Shown here: piece after piece, positions 52,701 through 64,000 of the stretch
How positions within the stretch are numbered: position 1 is the first letter of the stretch
Layout of the letters: each line of letters begins with the position of its first letter
Assembly (NCBI RefSeq): GCF_006345805.1
Contig: NC_043013.1
Span: 48,174,001 to 48,238,000 of the forward strand
Length of the DNA stretch: 64,000 nucleotides
Origin: Octopus sinensis
Taxonomy: Eukaryota
Direction of reading: 5' to 3'
The notes under the pieces: generated by a model
Databases searched by the model: none
What the model was told of the DNA's origin: nothing
What the model saw: the letters and a program-made list of their open reading frames with translations, nothing else
Translations under genes and position numbers: made by a program

Positions 52701-54711
52701 TTTGTGAGGCCAGTAAATTCTTTGAAATCACTGAATTTATTGCTTCGTTCATATTTCTGTTCTGTCTCTTCTTGTTCAGCCAACAATGAACAAAGAATTA
52801 CTACAAAGAGCTCCTGCGGTTTGTACGTTCTCATTGGCTTCACCGGTACTTCTGCAGCTTGTAGCTTCTGATATTTAAAAATCCCATCAAATTATTTATC
52901 CTTGAGTTTGCATATTCCGGTAGGCAGTTAAATATTTCAGTGAAGTTATCGTTAATCTTCTTTGGTGCTAACCTTTATTCAAAAGACAAGAAAAATTCCC
53001 TTGTCTACAACAGGACAGAGCCTAATTATGGGAGATTAAATAATACGGAAATAAGTGCAGAATATTTATATTCAAGTCTCCAAATCAAGGATAAGCTTCA
53101 CATCTACGAAACTGAAGTGTTTATTGACGAAAACCATTAGAAGTAGCACTTCTGAAGCTATTCCAACAAAACTTATCGTATCATTGAACTTTATCAAAAT
53201 GTTTAGTGCAGGTTGTTTAATTCAAAGATTTCAGTATATGTTTCATATCTTACATATGATTTCTTATTTCACATTTGCTATTTTTATTCTGACCAGGCGA
53301 TCCAAAAGTGCAACTCGGTCACTGATGTTGATTGTTTTTAGTTAAAGCTTACGGCTTTGAATCTTCCCAAGGTTATCTCCCTTCGATATGTTCCATTAAG
53401 AAAGGCTAAAGAGTCAGAACGCGCGTCTAGGAATCCGCTAGAGGGAAACACGAGGTAGATATGGTGTTTCTACACCGTAAGAGAGAGATTTTATCTCTAC
53501 GGCAACTGCGGCGTATTTGCCTTTAGAAGTTAAAATATGTCACAAATATGTTAAAATATGTCAAATATTCCTAAACACTGCTTTGTGCTGATGCTACTGC
53601 ATAGTTTTTTTAAATAATGATTTTCGTTTGCTTCAAAAATTCACGCATGCAATTTAACGATTAGTATTCAAATAAAACGATGTTACAATACAGACTTTGC
53701 ATAACGGTTCATTGTCATAAAAGTGCATAGTGTCCAATATATTCTATGTTACTTAACTAGGAGTAACTTTAACTCCAAGCATCGATGTCGCTCTGTCATT
53801 CATTCCAAACGATGACTAACAAAACTATGGACTCGTACAAATCGTATTTCTTTGCAATGTCTATATAAATTTAAGCATTCAGAATTTTCTATGATATTCA
53901 ATGCTATTTACTGGTGCCATCAGCAGGCACATAGCTAGAGAGTGAGATTTAAAACCTTCTTGGCTGGCACTCTTGTTCGCAATAATTCTAAAGCGGGGTT
54001 TCAGAATTAGTACTCATTTCTTCGGTTAAAGAACATCACCGTTTTATAATAATATTTCTGAATTATTAACAATTGCTAAACCATACAAAATAAAAATGAG
54101 AGAATGCAGCTAAACACTTTTTGTCCGACTCACTGACGTTTCTACCAACACACCGTCATATCAAAAAATGTGTGGTGAGGATGGGGTATTTATGATATAC
54201 ATACATATATAAATAGATCAGAGACAGGACATGGAATTTACGAGATTCTTATGCAAAACCACGACAATTGTTTCGACGTATTCTCGCAACTGTAACTCAT
54301 AAGTGAGACGCTGCGCGATTAATTGCCGTGCATCACCGGTGTAGAATGTGCCTTTTCAGGTGACTTTTTAAACAAATTCCTCGCTATATCCACTCGCTAT
54401 TTCACTTTGCCTTATAATGATGTATAGCTGGTTAGGTGTTGCAGTCTAGCAACAACAACCTAGTTACAGTAAGTGAGAGAGAGAAACAGACAGAAAGAGA
54501 GAGAGGGAGAGAAAGAAAGCGAGAGAGAAAAAGTGACAGACAAACAGACAGACAGACAGATAAATAGATAGATAGACAGACAGACATACAGATGATAGAT
54601 AGATAGATAGATAGATAGACACACAGACATACAGACACACAGACATACAGACACACAGGCATACAGACACACAGACATACAGACACACAGACATACAGAC
54701 AGACAGACTGG

Positions 54712-54755
<44 letters not shown>

Positions 54756-55018
54756 CAGACAGACACACAAACAGACAGACAGACAGACAGACAGAAAGGC
54801 AGACAGACAGTTAGAGTATTTTTCGGAACTCTTTCTTGTTTTCATCCAGTTTCAATATTTCTACGCTTCTGTTAGTATCTCGAGGGAGTTTTGCTTCCTT
54901 TAGTCTGAGTATAATTTGTTTGTCATTTGCTTTCTCTGATCAAGCAACAAAAACCAAGACTTCTTGGTAATACGGGTGAGGAAGTATTTTTGCTTCGTCT
55001 CTTTTTTTTTAAAACTAC

Positions 55019-55189
55019 ACAGGAGTGGCTGTGTGGTAAGTAGCTTGCTAACCAACCACATTTATCCGGGTTCTGGGTTCAGTCTCACTGCGTGGCATCT
55101 TGGGCAAGTGTCTTCTACTATAGCCTCGGGCCGACCAAAGCCTTATGAGTGGATTTGGTAGACGGAAACTGAAAGAAGCCCGTCGTATA

Positions 55190-55268
<79 letters not shown>

Positions 55269-55471
55269 TTGTGTGTCTGTGTTTGTTCCCCTAGCATTGC
55301 TTGACAACCGATGCTAGTGTGTTTACGTCCCCGTCACTTAGCGGTTCGGCAAAAAGAGACCGATAGAATAAGTACTGGGCTTACAAAAAGAATAAGTCCC
55401 GGGGTCGATTTGCTCGACTAAAGGCGGTGCTCCAGCATGGCCGCAGTCAAATGACTGAAACAAGTAAAAGA
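55019..55471 (+). mobile_element. SINE family A with expanded internal (TA)n
   Basis: Complete body and tail. Confidence 0.9.
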
Positions 55472-55555
55472 CTACTAAAAGTAAAGGAGCAGAAAAATTT
55501 ATTCATTAAAATACAATTGCTTCTGGAGCCCAACCGGGATTATGGCAAATCCGTC

Positions 55556-55790
55556 GGCGAGCTGGCAGAACCGTTAGCACGCCAGGCGAAATGCATAGGC
55601 GTATTTCGTCTGCCGTTACGTTCTGAGTTCAAATTCCGCCGAGGTCGACTTTGCCTTTCATCCTTTCGATGGGGGGGGGGGATAAATAAAGTACCAGTTA
55701 GGCACTGGGGTCGATATAATCGACTTAATCCGTTTGTCTGTCCTTGTTTGTCCCCTCTATGTTTAGCCCCTTGTGGGTAATAAAGAAACA
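55556..55790 (+). mobile_element. SINE family C
   Basis: Family match. Confidence 0.88.
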
Positions 55791-56090
55791 GGCATATATG
55801 TGCGTACGTGCGTACGTATGTGTGTGTGTACGGCATTCTGCATAACTTTCCTCTATCGAATTCCATTCACAAATTAACAGTCAATTCGAAGAAATAGTAA
55901 GGAGCCAAACAGGGAACCACATTTTACAGTTGTCTTTTTTACATTGTATTCACCTTTGGTGGTTGTTTTACGGGATCAGAAGGTTTGAAGTTTATCTTTG
56001 TTTGCGGTTTGGCTGGCTGGCTGACTGGCTGGCTGACTAGTTGGCTGGCTGGCCAGTTGGCTGGCCGGTCGGTTGGCCGGTTGGTTGGCT

Positions 56091-56320
56091 GGCGTGAGCT
56101 GGCAGAATCGTTAGCATACCGGACGAAATGCGTAGCCGTATTTCGTCTGCCGCTACGTTCTGAGCTCAAATTTCGCCGAGGTCGACTTTGCCTTTCATCC
56201 TTTCGGGGTCTATTAAATAAATACCAGTTACGCACTGGGGTCGATATAATGGACTTAATCCGTTTGTCTGTCCTTGTTTGTCCTCTCAGCGTTTAGCCCC
56301 TTGTGGGTAGTAAAGAAATA
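56091..56320 (+). mobile_element. SINE family C inserted in a (GGCT/GGTT)n tract
   Basis: Family match; the tract continues on both sides. Confidence 0.88.
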
Positions 56321-56852
56321 GGTTGGTTTGCTGGCCGCTTGGCTAGCTGGCCGGTTGGCTGGTAGGCTAGATGGTTGGTTGCTTGCTTGCTGTCTTGGTT
56401 GCCGGGCTGGTAGGTTGGTTTATTGGTTTTGCTGTACACACGTTTTATGGTTTAATTCTGTTACAAAATGACCGCCAGTTTTCTTTGCTTTGGTTATATT
56501 CTTGTTAATTTTTTGTTTCGTTTTTCAATATTGAACTTTATTTTCGTTGTATTTGTGTTGAGTTTCAGGTTGTTTTATGTGGCATTTGAGATTTTATGGG
56601 TTTTTTTTTCTTTAGTGTTTACCAATATCTTGTTGAATATAATGTAATATATCTGTTGGGTATTTTGGTATTGTTTTTTTAGAAGTAGCTCTGACATGCT
56701 TTTTTGGTGTTTGCGAAATAGCTTTTATTTTCTTCATTGTTTGTGAGTGTACGACAACGACGAATACGACGACGACGTCGATGATGATGATGATGATGAT
56801 GAGGAGGAGGAGGAGGAGGAGGAGGATGGGATGATGATAGTGGTGGTGGTAG

Positions 56853-56883
<31 letters not shown>

Positions 56884-58108
56884 CAAAGGCTCTTAAGAGA
56901 ATCGTTCGTCATATGGTTATGGAACAAAAGGTACACGGAAAACAAAGGTTTCTACCATCACACCGTCATATCAAAAAATGTGTGGTGGGGATGGGGTATT
57001 TATAATATACCTACATATATAAATAGATCAGAGATAGGAAATGGAATTTACGAGATTCTTATTTCGTCACTGTTTACAGCTATCATTAAAACAGTTTTTT
57101 AATGCCTCATATAGATGTAATTTTTGACGCTGAATCCGACTTTGTTATTCATTTATTCTAGAAAAATTTTGAAAAAATGTTACAGGTGTTCAAAGTTTGA
57201 TAATTTTCAAAATTTTCAGCTAATCAGAAAACAGCGCGTTCGCTGCCTCTTCTATCATCATATCATCAGAGGGCGGGGGACATCGGCATATTCCATCTGT
57301 TATGAAAACAAACAATTATAGAACAAGTGGTGGTTACACTCCTTGTGCGCATGCGCAGCATCTTTGGTTACTATAGAAACAGAGGTCTTCGCAATCAGCT
57401 ATGGAACACGTGATGCTTCTTTGCTTTGATTATTACAGAAACAGACTTCTTCGCCATGGTGATATGTAAAATACTCGCTTCTGATTTGCTAAAATACCCA
57501 AATTTTGCAAATTTTAAATGCTAACTTTTTAATTATGGGTATATAAGGGAAATGAATTTAATTTTCATAACTAGTATACAAAACTTAATCCATATACCAA
57601 ATTCGAAAACAACTGGAACAAAATTGTGAAGAGTGACGAAAACCACAAAGATCCCTGATGTTTCTCTTACTAATGACGATGGTCCAGGATTCTCTTACTT
57701 GGAAAGATTGTTTACATTGTCCTTTTAATATATATGAGACTGTGAAAGCAACGAGCTGGCAAAATCGTTAGCACACCTGGAAAAATGCTTGACGGCATTT
57801 CCTTCTTCTTTATGTTCTGAGTTCAAAATCCGCTCAGGTTGACTTTGTATTTCGTCCTAACAGGGTCGATAAGTACCTCTTGAACACTAGAGTCGATGTA
57901 ATCGATTTAACCCTCCTCCCATGAAATTGCTGGCCTTGAGCTGAATTTCGGAACCAATATATATGAGGTTGTTGATTTGACATTGATTTGGTTAATTTCG
58001 TTGTTTGCTGTTTATTTTATTTAACTCCAAATCAACCATTTGATCAACGTTATTCCAACTGTAATTACCCTATAATTTTCCTTCAAGACTCAACGCGTCC
58101 AAAAACTA

Positions 58109-59331
58109 TTGGGTCATCCCATAAATAATGTGGCTTTTTATACTTCTTTTATTTTTCAAAATTAAGATAAACAAAGTTCTTTTCTAATCTAAAATATTCA
58201 TTCATCCTCCAAAATTCATTTGACTGACGAAAATATTCCTCCAGTACTGTTCTGACCTCGTCTACAGAATTCATATTTTTCCGGCCAAATGATTTCGAAG
58301 ACTGCGGAATACACGGTAATCAGATAGGACAATGTCCGGCGAATATGGTGGATGGGGCAACGTTTCCCCTTCAAACTGCTCCAACCTTTGGAATGTCTTC
58401 CTCCGTGTATGTGGCCGAGAATTTTCCGGGTGGAAGAACACTTTTCATCTTGAAAGCAAAGATGGTCGTTTTTCTTCTAGCACTGACTTAAGCCGCTCAA
58501 GCTGCTCATGGTAGATTTCCTTTGTTATCTTTTGGTTTGGGTTTAAATGTTGAAAATGGACTAAACCTTTCGTATCCCACCAAACAGATAACAACACTTT
58601 ATGTGGGTGAAGACCTTCTTTCGCCTGGGGTACCGGTGTTTCTTCTTTCCCTACCCACTGTTTTCGGCACTTGATATTTTTATAGAGAACCCAATTTTTG
58701 TCAGCAGTTACTATTTGGTCCCAAAAAAGATTCTTTCGTGAGACATGACAATAAAAGGAGCACACATTCACTCTCTGCGCACGATTAGACTTGGAAAGTT
58801 TGTGAGGAACCAATTGACCCAATTTGCTGACTTTTCCGATGGCACACAGGCGTCGATAAATGGTCGAATGACTAAATCCAAGCTTCTCTGCAAGTTACTC
58901 AACAGTTACGATGGGATTTTGTTCCACCAGGGTTTGCAGGACAACCTCGTCGAGTTCTACAGATCTTCCAGGACCAGGCTCGTCTTCTAGGCTGTAGTTT
59001 CTGACTCGGAATTTCTGGAACAACCGTTGACATTGGTTTACACTTATTGTCCAATCCGCATATACTGCATTAATATTCCTCGCACTTTCCGTTGCGTTCT
59101 TGACATTATTTAACTCATAAAGCAAAATATGCTGAATATGCTTCTCTGTCACTTCCATTATAGCTTTGAAAAAAATAACTGTTAAAATCGAACTGCACTC
59201 TTTAAAACTTTTACTAAGAATAAGCACATGGTAAAATTACTACCTGCTTTTATAGCAAGCTGATGCAGGTAGTTTATGCCATCCCCCCACCATGCAATTG
59301 AAAAAACCGCATTATTTATGGGAAGACCCAA
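58109..59331 (-). mobile_element. Full-length decayed mariner with TIRs and TA TSD
   Basis: TIR ttgggtcatcccataaataatg vs cattatttatgggaagacccaa; TA at 58107-58108 and 59332-59333; IVTADKNWV, SVWWD, YSLEDEPGPGR. Confidence 0.92.
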
Positions 59332-59454
59332 TATATTAACTAACGTATCCATCTTTACAAAGACTGTAAATCATTATTTCAAGTATAAGTAGCTTCTGTT
59401 TTTAGCAGATTGAGGATCTTTCGCAGTAAATTGTATTTTGTATAGATTTTAAAG

Positions 59455-59791
59455 ATCAACTTCGATCACGAACGGACATGGGACTACACCTAGAAAGTAT
59501 CCCTCTGAGGCAAGGTTGTTTTGTGGGACAAGTCCGGGGCAAGGTTGTTTTGTGGGAGACCAGTAGTCGCCCATACATAATAGTCTCCCCCTCTCCACGC
59601 CAGAGATGTTGTCCAAGAGAAAGGCAAAGGGGGCCGATACAGCTCGGCACCAGTGACGTCGCAACTCAAAACAGCTGAGTGAACGGAAGCAAAGGGAAAC
59701 GAAGTGTCTTGCTCAAGAACACAGCACTCAACCCGGTCGGGAATCGAACTCACAACTATAAGCCCTACACTATAAATACTGATCCATGCGC
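59455..59791 (-). mobile_element. SINE family D
   Basis: Reverse complement resembles 32305-32644. Confidence 0.8.
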
Positions 59792-60675
59792 ATAGGTTAC
59801 TATCATGTTGAATTATATATTTTGCCCCATATCTGAAAAAAAATTTGACCGTCGACTTGATTTCCAATTTTTACTTATATCAGCTTTTGCAATATTTTTA
59901 ATAAACTCATTCTTCCTAATCAGTTCTCCTTTCTCATATTGTTTCTTCTCTTTCTTTACATTTTCTCATTCTTCTTCTTTTTTCAGTTTTACGCCAGACT
60001 TCCTGGTTCCAACATTGTCAATTTTACAACAACCGCTAGAGCCGACAAATTTCGGCACCATTTCTCTATAAAAACAATTTTTACCTTTTCTTTCTTTTTT
60101 TTTTTATCATACCAGCTTATTCTTCAGTTTTCTTTTTTTCAATTTTCCAAGACGTTTTGTATATCTTCTTTTCCAACCGTTCTTCTTTTCCAACCGTTCT
60201 TCTTCAGATTTTATCTCCTATTTCTTTTTTCCCCCATTTTTATTACATTTTCAGGTTTAATTTCTTTATACATCTTATCATTTCCTTTTTGTTTCTTTAT
60301 ATTTCTTTATATCTTCATCATTTTCCGACTTTTTTTCTTTCTTTCCCCGTTTCCCTTATTTTTGCCTTTATTTTCCTTCGTTCTACAGTTTCTCTGCTCT
60401 CAACTTTACAAAGCACCGTCTGTTGTTCATGCCCTCTTTGTTAGTCTGTTTATTCTCACATGTTTTTATTCTCTCATAACCTTTGTGTCGTACGATGAAT
60501 CTGTGCGGGGAACGTGTTTAAGAGTTCATGTATTTCTGTGTATTTTCTTTTTAGTCGCATTACACATTCTTTAGAATCTTCGTGATCTCCGTTCTTCTTT
60601 TTCACCCGTTTACAGATTCTCGCCGCTTCTATTTCTTGCGTGTAAGCAATGCCACGCTTTGATCTCTTTCTCTCT

Positions 60676-61080
60676 CTTTTCTCTTTTACTTGTTTCAGTC
60701 ATTTGACTGCGGCCATGCTGGAGCACCGCCTTTAATCGAGCAACTCGATCCCGGGACTTATTATTTGTAAGCCCAGTACTTATTCTATCGGTCTCTTTTT
60801 GCCGAACCGCTAGGTGGCGGAGACATAAACACACCAGCATCGGTTGTCAAGCAATGCTAGGGGGACAAACACAGACATACAAACATACACACACATACAT
60901 ATATATATACATATATCCGACTGGCTTCTTTCAGTTTCCGTCTACCAAATCCACTCACAAGACATTGGTCGGCCCGAGGCTATAGCAGAAGACACTTGCC
61001 CAAGATGCCACGCAGTGGGACTGAACCCGGAACCATGTGGTTTGTAAGCAAGCTACTTACCACACAGCCACTCCTGCGCC
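60676..61080 (-). mobile_element. SINE family A, full length
   Basis: Family match. Confidence 0.92.
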
Positions 61081-62793
61081 TAGGAATAATCCTTACTGTT
61101 TTTAATTGTTAAATGCTAAATTTAATCATCGGACAATTTTTTTTTTTTTTGAAAACTCTGACCATAGATATTTATCTATTTTTACTTTTTATTCCGTTTG
61201 ACGGACAACTAAGTGTGTCTATAGATTCTTAAAGGATCCACTCTCCAAGCCACTGCATTTTCTTCAGTGAAGGTGGCAAGGAAGTGTCACAGGCGAAGTA
61301 TATTCTGAGTATATTTGTTCGGAAGCTAGTGATTATATCTTACGATAATATACACCAGCGTAATATCTACACCTACATACATGTTTACATGAGTGTGGTG
61401 GGGGTGTTTGTGTTTATGTGCGACGGGGTTGTATGTATGTACGTGCATTTTGCTGGTGTCTCGAATATCGGCATGATTTCCATCTATCAAATTCCACTAA
61501 CAACATATTGAGCACAACCTGAGGCTATGGGAAAATACACTTGCCTAAGTAGGACTGGTCTTGGAACCATGTGGCTGCAAATTGAACTTCTTAAACCTCA
61601 GTCATGTCTGCAATATTTTCATACACGAATACTTGAAACACACATTTCTAACACCTAAATGTTTCCTGTATTAAAAACAAGGAATTGTTGTTTTATATTT
61701 TACACAACAAATTGTCCTTCCACAATGATTTTCCGTTGGATTATACCTTATATGTATTAAAGCGACGAACTTGCAGAATCATTACCTCGCTGGACAAAAT
61801 GCTTAGAGGCAATTCTTCCGGTTTTGCGTTCTGAGTTCAAATTCCGCCGAGTTCGACTTGGCCTTTTATCCTTTCGGGATCAATAAAATAAGTACAGTTG
61901 AGCATGTTCTTAACTTATCCCTTCCAAAAATGCTCAGGCCTTGTGCTTAGGATAGAAACAATTATACCCTACATATTTTTTATTCTGTCTTCTTTTTTCC
62001 CTTCCTCTCCTCCTCTTCATTCTTTCCCCATTCTACTTCTTGCTTAATGAGTTTGACATGAAATGTCTATCGTACAACATCTGACTTACAAGCCAACACC
62101 TAAAACTCTACACCAACCACCATACTTATCAACATACTCACCACCACACTAACAACCACATCGTACAGATCAACGCTCAAAGTGCCGGAAATAACAGAGA
62201 TTTAAAAAGTACAAAAAATATAAACTGACGGCAGTAGAGAGTCGATATTATGAGCGAAAAGGAGGAAGAGATGTCGACGTTTCGGACAGTTTTCCTTTTT
62301 GGGAAAGAGAGAAGGATGAAAAACAGGAACAAAGAAAAATTATTGCGCGTAATTATCGAAGAAAGAACATTGCGACTAATATTTGGTTAAAAAACTGGAT
62401 GAAGTGGTTTCTTGCAGAGAAGGTTAATTACAGACATGCGCTGGAGAAATTAAAGCGAGACATGTTGTGGCAAATATAATGACATTGTTGTTTGACAGTG
62501 ACCTTCACTGGTCAAGCAGACCTATGGTTAAAGACATTTCAGAAATAACCATTTCGTACTTCTATATCTGTAGATCTACAGTGATTTCCGAGAAATTTGC
62601 TTCAATTTCTAGCAAAATCGAACAACTGAAGAGAGGCTCTCTCGTTGACTCACGTGTATGTATATGTCTGTGAGAGAGATAATATGAGATTAAGTGTCCA
62701 GGAGAGATTATTTGTGCATGTATGTGTGTGTGCGCACACGCGCGTGCATGCGTGTAAGATAGTGGAGAATTGTGCATGTATGTATGTTTTTTA

Positions 62794-62857
<64 letters not shown>

Positions 62858-63039
62858 AACACACACACACACACACAAACACACACATACACATATAATT
62901 GAAGCAGCATCAAATTATACACGCCATCTGTGTGGCTTAACGTATATATAACATTGACTGTCAAAGGTTTATAGGTTAAGTTTGATACACAGGTGGTGTT
63001 TATAATTTAAGACTGTTTCAATCCGAGCTTTGACCAAAA

Positions 63040-63655
63040 GACAAGTAATATTAAAAACTCACCATTTTGATTTAGTTTCCTTCAAAGTATTTGCCTTGGG
63101 AGTCTACACACTTCTGCCAGCGTTCTTGTCACTGCTGGAAACATTTCTGGAAATCACTTTCTGGAATGTTGTAGAGCTCTGACATCAAATTTTGCTTAAT
63201 ATCGTCTGCTGACTCAAATCATCTCCTTTTGAGTGATCTTTTGAGCTTTGGGAATAGCTAAGAGCCACATGGAGCCAAGTCTGGTGTAGCCATCTTTGAA
63301 CCGGTTGTACCACTCCTTTATTTGTGTTTTTCCCATTGCATCATTTTCAAAGGCCTTCTGAATCTTCTCGATAGTCTGGGCTTGCGTATCACCAAGTTTC
63401 GGGCAAAATTTGATACAATATCTTTGCTCAATTCGATCGGTCATCTTGACTCAAAAAGAAAAATCGCATAGCACACTCTTCGCGTTTGTACTCAACGCGT
63501 TACTGCGGGGAAATAGCGCAATCTACAGACACGAAATTTTTTGTGCATGCTCAGGAAGGAAGCGGCCACCTAATACCCATGCGGATTTTGCTCACACATT
63601 ATTATTTTGTGCAAAAACTCTCAAGGTCGGATACTATTTGACTACACCTCGTATG
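63040..63655 (-). mobile_element. Internally deleted mariner
   Basis: N-terminal EQRYCIKFC..LG...IQKAF...WYNRFKDG joined directly to PDLAPC..LFPKLK and QERWQKCVDSQGKYFEG. Confidence 0.8.
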
Positions 63656-64000
63656 TTCATTCATTTCAATCGTTTAGTATAATATATGACTAAATGGTAA
63701 TATTGTAGCCTAAAGCACCTGGCTTTACGAGGAAATGGAATAAAAGGTCTCTCTTGGATCTTGTAATCAACCTCTAGAAATGGAAAATCTCTAAAACATG
63801 CTTTCAGTCGTTCAATAACGTATAACCTATCACTGCTTAGTCCTGGCGGAATTCTGAAGAGAAAATCAAGGCCATTTTTGCTTATGTTGTTTGCAAACTG
63901 AAAAAGTTATCGATGAGATAACAATGAGACTGTCAGCAGAGACGCATGTTTACATCTGTATTTATGACACGTTACATGTACTTTTGTGTAAGCCAGCCGT

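Noticed and set aside
52700-53370. Minus-strand FGDLNINIL (apurinic-endonuclease-like motif)
   Set aside because: Single motif amid many stops; insufficient to call a LINE endonuclease.
59939-60574. 211-aa Phe/Leu-rich ORF
   Set aside because: Pyrimidine-rich low-complexity DNA; not a credible membrane protein.

Overview
AT-rich eukaryotic genomic DNA saturated with microsatellites and transposons. It is most likely from an octopus or other coleoid cephalopod (inferred from the SINE and repeat landscape, not database-verified). I find no intact host gene, only one weak candidate exon at 7.5 kb. Nearly all six-frame ORFs are (TA)n, (ATAC)n or (GATA)n artefacts. Supportable content: a near full-length decayed R4/Dong-type LINE (0.9-4.9 kb); several Penelope-like element (PLE) remnants; RTE and CR1-like 3' fragments; three mariner relics plus a mariner MITE; a hAT relic; a Helitron 3' end; a MITE carrying telomere-type repeats; more than 20 tRNA-derived SINEs in several modular families; and a 1.38-kb tandem duplication. 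The most interesting signal is a set of type I hammerhead ribozyme (HHR) motifs. Two of them sit in ORF-less, retrozyme-like inserts with a 'more than one unit plus an inverted segment' architecture: 14768-15348 (14-bp target-site duplication, TSD) and 23929-24957 (in a TA microsatellite). A third sits at a PLE 3' end behind a tRNA-like pol III promoter. All structures were paired by eye and none has been computationally folded or tested.
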